The translations under genes were made by a program, and so were the position numbers. From Trichosphaerium sp. ATCC 40318 (taxonomy: Eukaryota > Protista > Tubulinea): 64,000 nt of DNA. The stretch is taken from contig JALMLS010000005.1 in NCBI GenBank assembly GCA_038496445.1, forward strand, positions 62,001-126,000, in the 5' to 3' direction. A model generated the notes under the pieces. It did not search any database. It saw only the letters and a list, made by a program, of their open reading frames with translations, and was not told the DNA's origin. Shown here piece after piece: positions 24,763 to 38,300 of this stretch. Positions within the stretch are counted from its first letter, which is position 1, and every line of letters starts with the position of its first letter.

Positions 24763-26582
24763 TTAATCTTTTTTAAAAGGCTTCTCATCAGGATTTAGTT
24801 CATCCTCTTCACCTGAACTCCTGAGAAATGGTTAAAACTAAACCAAAATAGTATCATGTTTTCGTAGTGATACACATAACAGAAAAAACCAAACAAAAAA
24901 AAAACTTCGGGCAGTTGTGTGAAAAAAAAACCAAAACCCGTTAAAACCTACCTAATATCTTCCAGTTCACCCTTAATTAGAGACCTGTAAAAACAAACAC
25001 ATAAATAAGTGAACAATTTCAGTACTGGTGAGTAAAGATCCGAGCAAACAAAGTCGTAAAAATTATCAAAAAAACAAAAAAAAAGCATTAATTTCTATTT
25101 TTGTGACTAATTCTACAAACAAACTATACTGTAATTTTGCTGCACGTACTTCACCATCATTTTTACAATAAGGTAAAACCAGTAGATATGCAATACTTGC
25201 AAAGCCCATAATGATACCAAGTTGATCAACATAGATATATGAATATCAGAGTAAGGCTCATATTTAATGTACTCAAAGGCGTATCCACTTAAATAGAATA
25301 GTAAGAAAGGAGGTATTTCATATTATACCCGAGTATGAAATCACAACTTTATTGGCACCATTTGAGATTACATTGGCGCCAATCAAGCGACACAGAGTGT
25401 AGTTTGTGTATTGTATAATTTTTAGTAGTAACGTACGTGTTTGGGATGAGTACTGAGAAAGGATAGAACAACAAACGTGTAACAAAAAAAGCTACTGCGA
25501 ATACAGCAAACAAAACATTTTTTGTAACATTGAGGTTTGAGTAATGTGCTACTTTAGCAGACTCAAGAAGAGGATCAGTGGCATCGTGAACAGCAAGAAT
25601 AATTAATCCAATGCGGTAGAAACTATAAAAAAAAAATAGTTAAGAAAAATGCGAAGAATTTGATTCTCAGTCTCAGATTTACAAACAAGTTGCTTGTACG
25701 TACTCTTTCCACCATGAGAAAGTTACTAATAAAGCGGTCACAGCGTGGTGAAAGTTAAGAACCCAAAAATCCTGTAAAAGAGTAAGGGAGACTGCTTGTT
25801 TTGAAGAAATGAAAAAAAAAAAAGAAAAATCCCCAAAAATGTGGAAGCAAATGTCAAAGGCTCTTGAAACATTAAACAATTCAAAAAATACGTTACCTTG
25901 TGATGAGCACGAGCGTTACGTGGCGAAAGGGACCAACAAATAGCAGCTAGGTAATTAGAAATTTGTATGAGGTAAATAAGCTGCTCGCTTGGGCTATTTC
26001 GCGTGTTAGTGGCGATTGCCATACGTATTTAAGAGCGTAGTTGTCTGCAAAAAAAAATTTCTTACAAAAGTTTTTACGTTTTGTGGCATTGATCACTGTT
26101 TTGGTAGCAGCAATCAAAGCGTACTTGTAATGGCTATGGAGGATTTCTCACAAAAAAAAACCTTTCCGGCGCTCTGAGCATACGCAACGCGTACAACAAC
26201 GCGTTGCGGTGTAATTGGGAGCGTGTATGCGTACCTTGGTTTAAAAGGCCATCCTTGAGACCAACAAAGCTTGTTGTCCCACCAGTAGTCACTGTGGTAT
26301 AGTACACTCACTTCCCACGCGAACATTGTGGTATAATATAGAAAGAAATACCCGCTCTCTCCAAACTTGATACCTTCCTTTTCCTTCAGCTTTTTGCCAT
26401 TGGCATAAGGCTACAAAAATTCGTGAGTCCCAGCAGACGTGGATGACGTGACAAGTCCTTACAATCAAAATACAGTCTATAATCCACCACCGTAGCAAAT
26501 AAGAGAGAAAAGTGCCGATAGCCGTAGAAAGGATAGGATTACCGATAATGATATCGCTGGTACTATCTATTACTTGCTGCAT
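24763..26582 (-). CDS. Ceramide synthase (LAG1/TLC domain)
   Basis: KFGESGYFFLYY, DFWVLNFHHAVTALLVTFS, RIGLIILAVHDATDPLLESAK (Lag1 motif), and C-terminal EDIR|SSGEEDE. Confidence 0.92.
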
Positions 26583-27482
26583 CGCGATTAATCCACTATA
26601 ACCTTTAAATTGTTAAGTCATGCACATTTGTCAAAATGTTGCGACTTTTCGGTTTTGGGGCCTTGTTTCACCCCATCACGTTTTCATATTATAAGGAGTG
26701 ACAGTTTTGCGGGCAAACGAAAGCCCGTCTGTGCAACTTTTTCGCACTACCAATACACTAGGTACAGCAATGTACTTATTTTGTTTTTCCAAGAGCTCAA
26801 ACTTTTTTCTATGTTGTACCTTTTCTGGTAACTCTTCACTGTTTTAAGAAACTACACATAGTCTAGTGCGTTATCTTTATTGTGGCATAGGTCGTATGAT
26901 CTTGTAAAGCAGATACGTATTGAAGTAGTTCAGCCATATTGTTGAAGTGCTAGCAACTATTGCTTCGGGTCGGGTGCCCTTTGTATTGCGGTATTGCGAA
27001 CTCCTACATGATTACGTTTACCTACCAAGTGAGTATAGTATTTTTAGAGTGTATACATTCACCAAGGGAAGCACGATAGACCGTGCAATCTTCGGGATGC
27101 AATGACACTCATGGGATTTTCGTTTTTACTTGGGCTGATTAAAATAGGTTATACCAATACAATGGGGCACTACCCGACAACCCGAGTACACATTAATCTC
27201 ATGAACATGCGTAAATAGCGCTCATAGCTCTAATCATGTACCTCCTTCGAACTTGTCAATCCGTGAAAAGGATCAACACAGTGTCTAACTCGAGCTGCAG
27301 TTTCAGAAGGAATAGTGCTGATACGATGGAGGCGCATCTCCCTGTGAATAAAGGACGTACTTGCCTCTATCAGATTGACATTCTACTGAAACCAGTAATA
27401 CACAAGAAGTATATAAAAATACAAAAACAGTAAAGAGCAAGAAGTATGTAGACATTTTCCTAATGTCAAATTCATTTGGGCA

Positions 27483-28747
27483 ATGACTGCTGTTTCAAAA
27501 ACGTGGTTGTCGCCTGTTAGTCATGTAACCATAAAAGACAAGCGGATATTCATAAAGAGAGACGATAGAATATCTGTAGAGTTCCCTGGCAATAAATATC
27601 GAAAGGTACATTGTTGATAACGCTTGTGGCGCAGTTTAAATGGTGTAGCTCGCTGCTTATAGAGAAATACTCGATAAGAACCCAAGTAGATTTAAACGCG
27701 TAGTTTCGTATGGTGGTGCGTTTGTTGTGAGTGTTATACGCGTAATAACGCAGTTTGCAAGGTAGTCAGTCTAATATGATCCTTCCATGCGCTTACTTGT
27801 CACAGCAACATAACCTACCACTCGTATTCTACTGTGACCGTATTGCGCAGTCTCTAAAAGATAATCCGAGTGGCAACTATGGAAAAGCATTGAAAATGGG
27901 TGCTAATATTGTTCAAGTCCAATCTCTTGAGTACGGCAACAAAAATGTATTCTTTTGATGCCCACTGAGTATAGCACAATTTACAATGAGCAACAAATAG
28001 ATGATTTATGGATACCACGTGGGGGATGTTCACACGAAGCAGAAAAAGGTGAGAAAATAACTTAGAAAATGTTATATTTTCTTTTTACTTCTAAGCTCTT
28101 ACTACGTTTTTTTCTCAGTTTTTATTGCAGGTGTTTCGGTTCTTGCAAAAGAGGTTCAAGAGTTTATTGACATGCAAGAATCAAGTGGCAAATTTAATGT
28201 TGTTCTACCGTCTGGTGCGCACTACGAAGAAAATAACAACTCACATAAAGGTTCAAGGTACTGGTGCTACAGCGTACTATTTACACAAGCACATGAAGGC
28301 CTTCAAGAATATCAAAGTATACGCCGTACCCACTGTGGGTACAGAAGATTACCTAAGAGAGCAGATGTCTGTACTTGGTACGGTATTCACAACACAACAA
28401 GACATTTGTGTTAATGCATAGTAGGCAATGATTTCCCAGCCACTTTGAACACTTTGAAAAAATATGTTTTTGCAAAGCCTCATAAACACTTGAAGGAGAT
28501 GTATGACATATTATATGAACAAGAGTTAGAAATAGACTTGATATATGCTACTAAGGCATGGCGCGCTATATTTGATAACTGGAATACATTAAAGGATGAT
28601 GGTTTGGTTTATATACACACTGGTAAAGTTGTTTCTTCTGTTACATGTATACTAACTCTTACTACAGGTGGTCTAGAAGGAAATCCTTCTCAAATGGCTA
28701 GGTATGATGCAGTTTCTTCCCGTAAAAAGGTTCAGCACAAAAGCTAA
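27483..28747 (+). CDS. PLP-dependent D-cysteine desulfhydrase / ACC deaminase family enzyme
   Basis: IFIKRDD...PGNKYRK (PLP lysine), SYGG|SQSN, WIPRGG, VLPSG|TGATA, EIDLIYATKAW, YIHTG|GLEG. Confidence 0.88.
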
Positions 28748-29307
28748 AATAGATACCAAACTAATAAAAGTACATGTACTATAATTCTTTGTCGGCAAAC
28801 GGTCATTTCAATTTCAAAGTCTTTGGCTAAAAACTACGTCTTTACAACAGTATATTATTACATCCATGAATTTCGGCATTGCAGTAATCAACTGTAAGTA
28901 CATAAGAAGTTACGTGAGGCTCAAAACACTTGTATGTAAGCCAGCCTTTGTGTTTATTGAAAAAGACAGCTCTAAGACGGCGGGTATTTCTCGCGTTCAT
29001 CGTGTAGTTTCGTGATAGCGGGATTCATTGGACACACTCAATTACACAAAAACTGAATAAATCTCTATCCTGGAGTAATAGACTGATTTGTATCATTTTA
29101 CCGCTCCGCGTAGTCTCGTGTTATGAGTATTAACTGTACCCTTGTTTTGGCGTTCATTATTAACCATGGTGTATGTTGGAAGCTAAACAATGGTTTCATT
29201 CAAGTTGTTGAAGTTATGTGAAATCGGGGATTCATCGGATAAACTACTGTGAGAATAAATTTGATAAAAACTCACGCTTTTTGTTCATAAAAATAAGGAT
29301 TAATCCC

Positions 29308-29700
29308 ATGAACACCTTTTCTTCAAAGACTATGTTATCACTGACCACTATTTTCGTTGTCTTGATGTTTGTATCCTCAGTAGCAGGAAATGACGAAGAG
29401 GAAGAAGCATGTCTTAGTAAATGGTGCTCAAGACTCTACGTTCGGAGAGATGGTAGCGGTGGAACTTATTGTGCTGATCAATGGGGAGTATGCCCATATT
29501 ACTTCTATGATGGTGTACGTACTTGTTCATCTCCTACGCGTTCCACTCAATTTAAAGCTTAGTATGACCATATTCCAAAAAAGAAAAACTGTGGTAGACG
29601 ATGCAATAAGCGAACACCTAGCGCCGGAAGATGTAACCACCATCATGGCACTATGCATTGGAATGGCGGTCCTAGAATTACCCGCTATGAATGCGAATAA
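29308..29700 (+). CDS. Small secreted cysteine-rich protein (two exons, 8 Cys)
   Basis: Signal peptide ending SSVAG, acidic NDEEEEA linker, one GTACGT...TTAG intron, and basic second exon KKKNCGRRCNKR...YECE*. Confidence 0.7.
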
Positions 29701-30300
29701 GCTATATGCATTGGTATAGATGTAGGGCATGGTATTGGCGCTCAGACCACTTGTTGCAAACTACAATAAAGTTTGATGTTATAAATTTATCGTTTTACTT
29801 CCAGAACTTGACAAAGTAACTAAATATTTATGTTATTCCTCTAATCTTGTTGGTTTTCCCCTTGCACCAGAAGGGTCATTGTAACTACCACAACAGTTTG
29901 TATCCTTCGGTATCATGAGTGAGTACATTGCAAACTAAATTTTCCTATATAAAAGATAGTCACGGTGACCTTGTTGCCACCTCATGAGTTAAATGTATTG
30001 ACCAGAAGACAAATTAGTCACCTTGTAAACTCGTAAGTCAGAGAATAAATAGTATCACTCCTTTTTCACAATAAATTTTGTAAGTCTTTTGTTTTTTGTT
30101 TCTTGTTTAGCATTGTACATGACGTTTAATAATTAAAATAACTATATGAAGACTGTATTTTCGAAGAGACTTTGGGCGCCAACTTACAGCAATACACTTC
30201 ATCATGACATCAAGACTTTTATTTTTTGTATTATACAATCACAGAGCTCTTTAAAAAGAAAATCCGTGATGACACCCGCCTTAAACTTTTTTTTCTTCTC

Positions 30301-32017
30301 TCAAAAATTACTTTTAATGGATCCATCATTATTCCTTTTAGCGCCTTGTTTGAGTTTTGTACAATGACATGAATTTTGCTACAAATGCCTCAAGATGATA
30401 AATAGGTTTACTTCCTTGCTGAATACGATGCTCATAGAAAGCTGCCCATTCAATAATATGAAACTTTAGAATTTTATTACCAACTTGAGCAAGTAATGTA
30501 GCAACCAAGTTCTAAAGAAAAAAAGCAAATTAGCCTTTTTAGATTTCCGCAAAGTTAGGCCATCCCAATGATTTACAGCCAAAAAAAGGGCTCACTCAGT
30601 TGGCAAAACTATAGATACTAACTTCAAAAAATACAAAATCACAATATTGACACTGACTGTCGCAAGTCGAGACTTAGTCAACAAAAAGTGGAATTTCAAA
30701 AAAAAAAAGAAAAAAAAGAGAAATAGACTCTTCTCGCGTACTTTTAGAATTGATGTTGCTGGGATACAATGAATGAGAAGTTCATACAGTTTTGTTCTTA
30801 CGACAAGTAGCCTAGGTTCACACTGTTAGAACTGAGAGTTTAAAAGAAAAAAAGAAATTCCTTTCTTTCAAGTTCACAAGGAACGGCTAAATAAAAACCC
30901 TTCAAAAAGCTTACTGTTGTGGACTCTGTGTCTTAAGCATCTCAGCCGCTATATGATTAACAAATAACTCCCAATCAGGTAATTCTACAGCTTGATTTGG
31001 TTGAAATCTTTCGTTTTTAACTTTTGTCGCCTCCAGCATGAGTATAGCGCGACGTAGATTTCTGTTAGAGTACTGTGCAATACGTTTTGCTAGAGGAGCA
31101 GGAAGTTCACGAAGATTCTCTTTCTTACAAACAGAATGAAGCACTTTACAAATCTGAAAAAAAAGTCAACGCAAAAGGCAAATATGGCTTTCTGACGGCC
31201 TCCACTTTTGATTATCAAGCGATTAGAGTGCCCTATAACATACCTGTTCTTCTGTAGGCGCAGCTACACGGACACAAAGGCAACGAGATCTAAGCGCTGA
31301 GATGACTTTTGTCAAAGAGTTTGTTACGAGAATAATCCGGCAGTGTCTCATGCATTGCTCCATTGTTCGCCGTAACGCGTGTTGTGCTTGTCGCGTGAGA
31401 CTGTCGACCTCATTCAATAGGAGTACTAAACGTTTTGTCTTAGATATCAAGTTATCTCCTGCTAAACGCTTAATGTACCTTTGAATGACTTCGCTGCTAC
31501 TCCTTTTTTGGCATACATTGGTCCGTACTGTGACATTTCCTTGATTGTCTCAGAAACGACGAGTCTATCTTTAAAACCTGCGTCTGAAGGTGTCATTTCG
31601 ATGTGGTGATTACTTGTAACAACTGTCATTGTAATTGGCTCTTTGGTGCCCTCCATCTGTACCACGTTAGTTATTTACGTAATAAAACGCTCAGCGTATA
31701 CCTTATAAGCCTTCTGCTCGACTTTTTTCTAAGTAACGTTGTAAAAACATAAAGCAAAGCTAGAATATTCTAACGCACCTTATCAACACTGGCACCAAAC
31801 ATTTCACGCAGAAAAGCCATAATCCGTGTTTTCTTTCCCGCTCCTGAAGGACCATAAAATAACAAGTGTGGTATATCATCTGATGCGGCCTATATTAGTT
31901 TGTGAGCGTCAACGAGTAAAATGACAAACCTACCAACGATTTTAGTTGTAACCCAATTTCTTCATGATAATCTAACTTGGCTAACGAAGATGGTCTGTGT
32001 TTATCAATGTACAGCAT
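30301..32017 (-). CDS. RFC3: Replication factor C subunit 3 (RFC38/yeast Rfc5)
   Basis: MLYIDKHRPSSL..LDYH, PHLLFYGPSGAGKKTRI, SNHHIEMTPSDAG, AQHALRRTME, SRC, NLRRAILMLE, HRIQQGSKPIYHLEAF. Confidence 0.95.
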
Positions 32018-32134
32018 TGTTGGCGGGATAATTTATTTCAAAAATTTTGTAGAGGCTTGATTGTTGACTTTTTACTACTTTTTTTTTCTTACGCCTAGGT
32101 TCGTTTGTACAAGCGTAACTAATTATTCTGCGCA
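32018..32134. promoter_or_regulatory. Very short bidirectional promoter region between RFC3 and UTP4
   Basis: Head-to-head start codons with only 117 bp between them. Confidence 0.6.
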
Positions 32135-35100
32135 ATGAGCGATCAGGTTGTGGTATACAGGTGTCGCTGGGAGATTCATAGGCAATTACCTGTCGTATGT
32201 AGCGCAACTCACCCAGAAAGTGGTTCTTTCGCGCTGGCTACACAAGAGGGTATAATTAGAGTGTATGGCGTACATAAATACAGTGTTTATGAAAAACAGG
32301 TAACCTTACGATAGATTTCTCAATTTTTCATTACTACGAGGCTGTTTCTACGGCTCCGCAACAAGCGTAGTAGTAAACAGTAAATAAAGCGTAGAAATCA
32401 AATAGTGTTCATTACGCCTAAAATCGCATCGTAGGTAATTTTGGGCAGCACATATACTCGTACAACAAACAGGGCTGCGAGAAAACTTGTCAGTCATGAC
32501 ATTCGCCGCATCGCATGGTTATCGCCTGAAAAGCTCTTGACAGTATCTTTGAGCGGTTACGCATCTCTGTATCAAATTCCATCAGGAAAGCGCGAAGTTC
32601 ATAAACAAATCACAGTTGGCGCAATCTACGACATGGCAGTAGGTACGTACTCAAAAGGCAATTAATTAAACCCTAAAATGCCAATATTGTACAAGGTTTG
32701 GACCAAAATAACCGTAATGTAGATAAAACGCGTACAAAAATAGCAATTGCATGCGAAGACGGAAGAGTACGCATTATGGAACACTCTGAAGTCGGATTGA
32801 AGTTGTCAGTTATTTCAACATTGATGGCTTCTCAACAGTTGTCTGCATCTAACGCTCAGTGTATTTCTGTGGCATGGAGCAAAGAAACTGGTATAATATG
32901 GGGCGGTATGGATAACGGTATGGTATTTGGATGGTATTACAATGTAAGTAAAGACAATCACGTGGAATAATTTTTATTTATTTCTTTTTTTTTTTTTGTT
33001 GCTTACCTTTTTTGTTTCTTTTAGACTGATAAAGTACAACCAAAAGTCTTTAATTCTATACAACTACAACTTGGTATTGATACTGTAGTATGGAGTATGG
33101 TTCCAGTAGGTAACGTACTACTCGCTGGTACTTCTGATGGCCGTGTTGCAGTTATAAGTCACGTACGTGTCAAGCTGTTTATAGTCACTAACATGTTGTG
33201 TTTGGCTTGACTAAACAGTTTTCAAATCTATCAATTCGTACTCACCTGATTTTAAGGAATATGATGGTACTATAGTAGAGGAGTTAAGGTGGCCTGGAAA
33301 AGATTCAACAGCAGTTGATGTACTTTCCTTGGCTGCAAGTAGCGATGGCAATTATGTAGCAGCGGGCACAATACGCGGTAATGTCGCCATGTATAAACGC
33401 AAGAATAATGGAAGATTCGTTTTTCTATCTATTGGTATACGTGATTCACACGACGTCAGAAGTTTGAATTTCTTACCAAGCTTTTTGGTACGCAACCCTC
33501 TTCTTTTAATACAGAAAAAAACCTATTGAACTTGTTTGTGCTTTCTTTTTGTATTTGAGTTTGCTGTGTTTATTAATTCTTTATGTAGCCTGGAAAGGAT
33601 GTTTTAATATCGACTTCAGCCTCTGGTAATATTAGATGGCGTTTCTTGGGCTCAGGAATGGAGGGACGATACAGAACAAGCGCAAAATGGACAAAACGAA
33701 TATACTTTCCTCACTTGTTATCATACTCTACTTTCTGTGATGACACTGCTCCGCTATTAGCTTATACAGATATAAGAGGAGCAGTAACTGTTTGGCAACT
33801 TGGTAAAGAGCATGCTGTATGTCTCTCACTAGTGGTAAATGAGAGAACTAATTGACTGTTTACAGGGTATTGAAGAAGATTTACCAGAATTTACAAAACT
33901 CCCTTCAGCTCTTCCTGCTTGCCTACTGCGTGTTCAGTTCGATGAAATATCACAAGGACATCGTATATCAGCCTTGGCAATGTCCTCAAATGCTTCATAC
34001 CTAGGTGTAGGCATGACGGAGCCTTCATTACATATTTTCCGCTTAAAGCAAGAAGGAACAGAAAAAAAAAGGAAACTAAAACTAGTACGTTGTTATTGCA
34101 ATGTCTGTAGTTTTTCTTGAAAAATTTCTTGATATTCTTGTACGCTTTTACTTATTTTATTGTTTAGTACAAAGTAACGATATCTGACTTCAAACCAAGA
34201 GGAGTTATAACCAAAATTGTATTTTCAAAATGTTGTAAAAGAGCTGTCGTTATTGAGAGCCATACAATTGTTCATGTTATTGATCTTGAAACAAAGCACC
34301 TTGCTACATCTTGGCATCATCATAGGCCACAACACAGTCACTTTACACGTACGAAAACTTCAACAGTCTCCGATCTTTTAAAGAACTTTTCAGCTTCTGT
34401 TGTTTTTTTTGCTAATTTTTTCCATTCTTGTAGAGAACGTTTCTCCACTTGTTGGACAAGGAGACTTTATTGAAGCGCCTATTTGCGCTGTTGCAATATC
34501 AGATGATTCAAAGTTTTTAACAACAGCTGATCATAATAACATTGTAAACGTTTTCAACTTGGAACAATTCAAAGTACGTCAATCTTTCTTTTTCTTTTCG
34601 AAAAACCCCGCACTACCACTACTCGCACAGTGCGCGTAAATCACTACACAATAATACGCGTAGATGAATTTTTTCGCGTAGACGTAAAGCTACTTGCAAG
34701 AAGGAGTCGAAAAAAAAACCAAAATCGAATGTTTCCTTTTTCTTTCTCTTTCCTGTACCTACCCAGCCTTCATTTTATTAATATACTATTCCTATAGTGG
34801 GTTGGCGCACTACCAAGACTATATTCTCCTATAAACACAATGTGGTTTGCACCAAACTCAAATAACCTATACATTCAAGTTTACCCTCGCTCTTTGATTA
34901 TAGCACCAATAAGTCTTCAACAAGGAAAACTACATTTAGAAAAAATAAGTGATCCTCTACGTGTACCTACAACAAAGACAGCCAATATTGGTGGTATGTC
35001 CTTTGATCCAGAAGGCGATAAGATGATTTTTCATACACAAGCTGATATTTTAATTGCTGATACTGGTGCTAAGCATTTGAAGGAGAAAACATCTTGGAGC

Positions 35101-35235
35101 AAGTTAGCTTCTTTTCAGACTTTATTAGATGCTTCTTTTGTTGGTAAAGGCAGAGTTCTTGTATTTGAGAGACCTTGGATGAAGCAATTACATCATCTTC
35201 CACCTCCAGTAAAATCAACAGCTTATGGCTTGTAG
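32135..35235 (+). CDS. UTP4: U3 snoRNA-associated WD40 protein UTP4/cirhin
   Basis: N-terminal VYRCRW, multiple WD40 blades (IAIACEDGRVR, HDVRSL) and C-terminal VFERPW...LPPPV..AYG typical of UTP4. Confidence 0.8.
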
Positions 35236-35326
35236 AACAAAAAAATAAAAGAAACAAGAAAAAAAAAAGAAAATCCTTTTGTTATGTTAAAACCTCGCCT
35301 TGTAACACTCTCTTCTAATATGCCAT

Positions 35327-38300
35327 ATGGTGACTTCCACTACCAATTTGAGCAAGACGAAGGTAGGAGGTTATACAAGAACGTGAGAACTGGCAAAAAC
35401 CACATTTGATACGTGCAATCAAGCTTACTTTTCAATGGCGCTGTTTATGTTGATATGATCAAGTTCACAAGCTTTATTACAAAAATGACGTATACGCGCA
35501 TTGGCACGCTGGACATGGTTGTAGAACTTTTTACCCAAAATCAATATTTCGCCGGTTTTAATACGTTCACGTGCTCTGCGTGTCGGTATTGCTGCAACCA
35601 ACTCGGTTAATAAAGCCATTGTGCCAGTAGATTGAGAGGTTATTTGCGCGTGTTTGACGTACAAACAGGTATCTAGGGTGTAAATTGGCTTTTACAAGGT
35701 ACTGGCAACATTGTTATCGGTTTCAACTAAATGACAACTTAGATATTGTCGCTTATTTGCAGTTTGGGTTTTTTTATCAACTGCACGTACTGATAAGCAT
35801 TACAAGTACCCAAGAAGCGTTTTGAGGTAAAAAGAAAGAATTTGCTAGCTTTTCGATACAAGCGCTAGGAGCCACACTAAAAACATAGTTGGACGCATTA
35901 AACGCGTACAGAATAATAGAATAGACGCCAAATGGAAAAAGTAGTCATTTTGGATCCAAAATGGTACATGTAGCTGTACATACTCTATAATTGACATATT
36001 TGCGTAGGCCAAAGTGGCTCAGTACGTTTAAAGCGGAAAGCAGCCTTTCAATAGATTTACAACCTCCGTCAACTGTCATACTCAAAAAAACGTCTGGTAC
36101 AAACAACACAGACGATCTAGTACAGTTTTTTAAGAAACTCGGCGAAGATACTTTTGTAACTGAACTACGGATGCCCTCGTACGGTATGGGTCCAAAACTA
36201 CTCAATGTTCTTGCGTCAGAGTGCTTGGTATTAAACAAAAGACTTCAAATGATAGACTTATCACGGAATGACATTAAACCAACTGATTTGATTTCTTTCG
36301 TTGGGTTCATATCAGGTACGAACTTTACGATACAAAAGATTATGATAGAGGAAGTACATCCAAAGAAAGGATCTATTACAATGACAACTAGAAATCTTTC
36401 GTCTGGTAGTGCTAGGACAGAGTATATGTTTATGAGTAAGAAGAATGCAAAGGCTCAGCTTGCTATACGAACGTTAAAACAAGTTTTAAGCGGGAACATT
36501 AAAGTAATAAAGGTAGGAAAGCACTTAGTAGAATTTTTAGTTTTTTTGAAACTCACGAATTGCTTCTTACATTTGTTTATAGTGTGGAGAGGGTATGACG
36601 AAAAAAGTAAACTTACTCAGGCGTATAGATATAGAGTCAAGAGCTTTTAGTAATATACTTGTTTCTCTAACGGTACGAACTGAGATACTGTTCAACGAAC
36701 GGGAACCTGCGAAAACTTCATCTGGGTTTTCCTTTTTCAAGTTTTTTTTTAGTCTTACTCATTCGATAATAGAGAGGTGGTGTAACAAAACTTGTTATTG
36801 AAGAATCAACGTTCATAGATTCACCGTACACGTCTATATCAGGTCTGGTAACATTGACACACTTGACATTGAAAGATTGTGGATTGAAGGATTTAAAAAT
36901 ATCACTAAGACACCTCACAAAACTCAAGGTTCTTAACTTATCCTATAATGATATATCTGAAGTTGAAGATATTTTTCCATATCTACCAGAACTAGAATCT
37001 CTTAACTTGAACTACAATCGCAATCTAAAGAACTTACCAATGTCTGTATTTGTTCATCCAAACCTCAAAAAACTTGCTGTTTCAGAATGCCCTTTGACTC
37101 TTCTCACATTTCAAATATCACGTGCTAAAAGAAATACACTTTCTGGACAATCAGAAGAAGCTCTATTGAAAAAATATCACTCAATGTGTGACTCAATGGA
37201 TAAGGTTGCAAACAAGTGTAGGTTTGTTTTTCTAGGTGATGACAATGCCGGTAAAACAGCAACTCTATGGTCAATTAGAAAATCTTCAAGCTCTATGCCT
37301 TTTGGTACAGATACTATAGCCATTGATAAACTAGAGTTACCTCCAAAAGGAACAAAAGAAGAAAGGATTGAACATATAACATTTGACTTTGGAGGTACGC
37401 CCTTTCAATCCTCCACCCACAGTGTCGTCAGGTTTTTGTCAAAACGCATGTAGAGTCAATGCGTTTGCGTTCAGTCTTGTGATGTTAAGAAAAAACGCAG
37501 AAAAAGCTAACATTGTTGTAGGTGGAGCCTCATACTACCTTTCTTATAAAACAATGTTGTCTCATAACAATTGTGCTGCTGTAATATGCTTTAATGTTTG
37601 TAGACCCAATCTATCTATTTTGGATCGTTGGATACAGTCCGTACTTGATACGTCCACAACGATCCCTATTTTCATAGTTGGTATGTTACTATCAGTTTAT
37701 TTGTTTTAACTTGGCTTCATTGTCTAGGAACACATATTGATTCATCTGATAAGCTAAGTTTAGACAAGTTGCAAGTTGCTATAGCATTACGCTATAATGC
37801 TTTCCCATTCATGGGTATTAGTTTTGTATCTAATAGAAGCGGCAAAGGCATTCCAGGTTAGTTTTTTTTTAAATCATCTTTGATGCCTCTAACGCCAACT
37901 AGACCTTATCAAACAGTTGTCTAAAGTTTCATGTGATGCACAACTACGTAAGCGAATAGGGTTAGATAAGAAGATAACTGTAAAACATTGGAGGATGGAA
38001 TGCTTGGCTTCTTGTCTTAGATACGATCACACAATGATTAAATTTCAAGTACCTGACAGACAGATAAAACTATTCTTCTTTCTTACAAAATGTGTTCCAT
38101 CTAGGACTGGCAGAAGCTCGCTCGCGGTTATGGAGATATAAATAACTATGGCGAGCTGGTTGATATAACAAAATACCTAAGCGATATGGGGTACATTGTA
38201 TGTGAACTATAAACAACCTTTTCTTTTTACTAATCACGTGATTGAACTAACATCTTTTAAAAGAGATACTATGATGCTCCAAATGTAGCAAAGTATGTTA

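Noticed and set aside
26760-27440. Possible small spliced gene between ceramide synthase and the PLP enzyme
   Set aside because: Splice-like signals are present, but I could not build a stop-free frame or recognise a domain.
29218-29719. Programmed frameshift between two overlapping ORFs
   Set aside because: Explained by one ordinary GT-AG intron.
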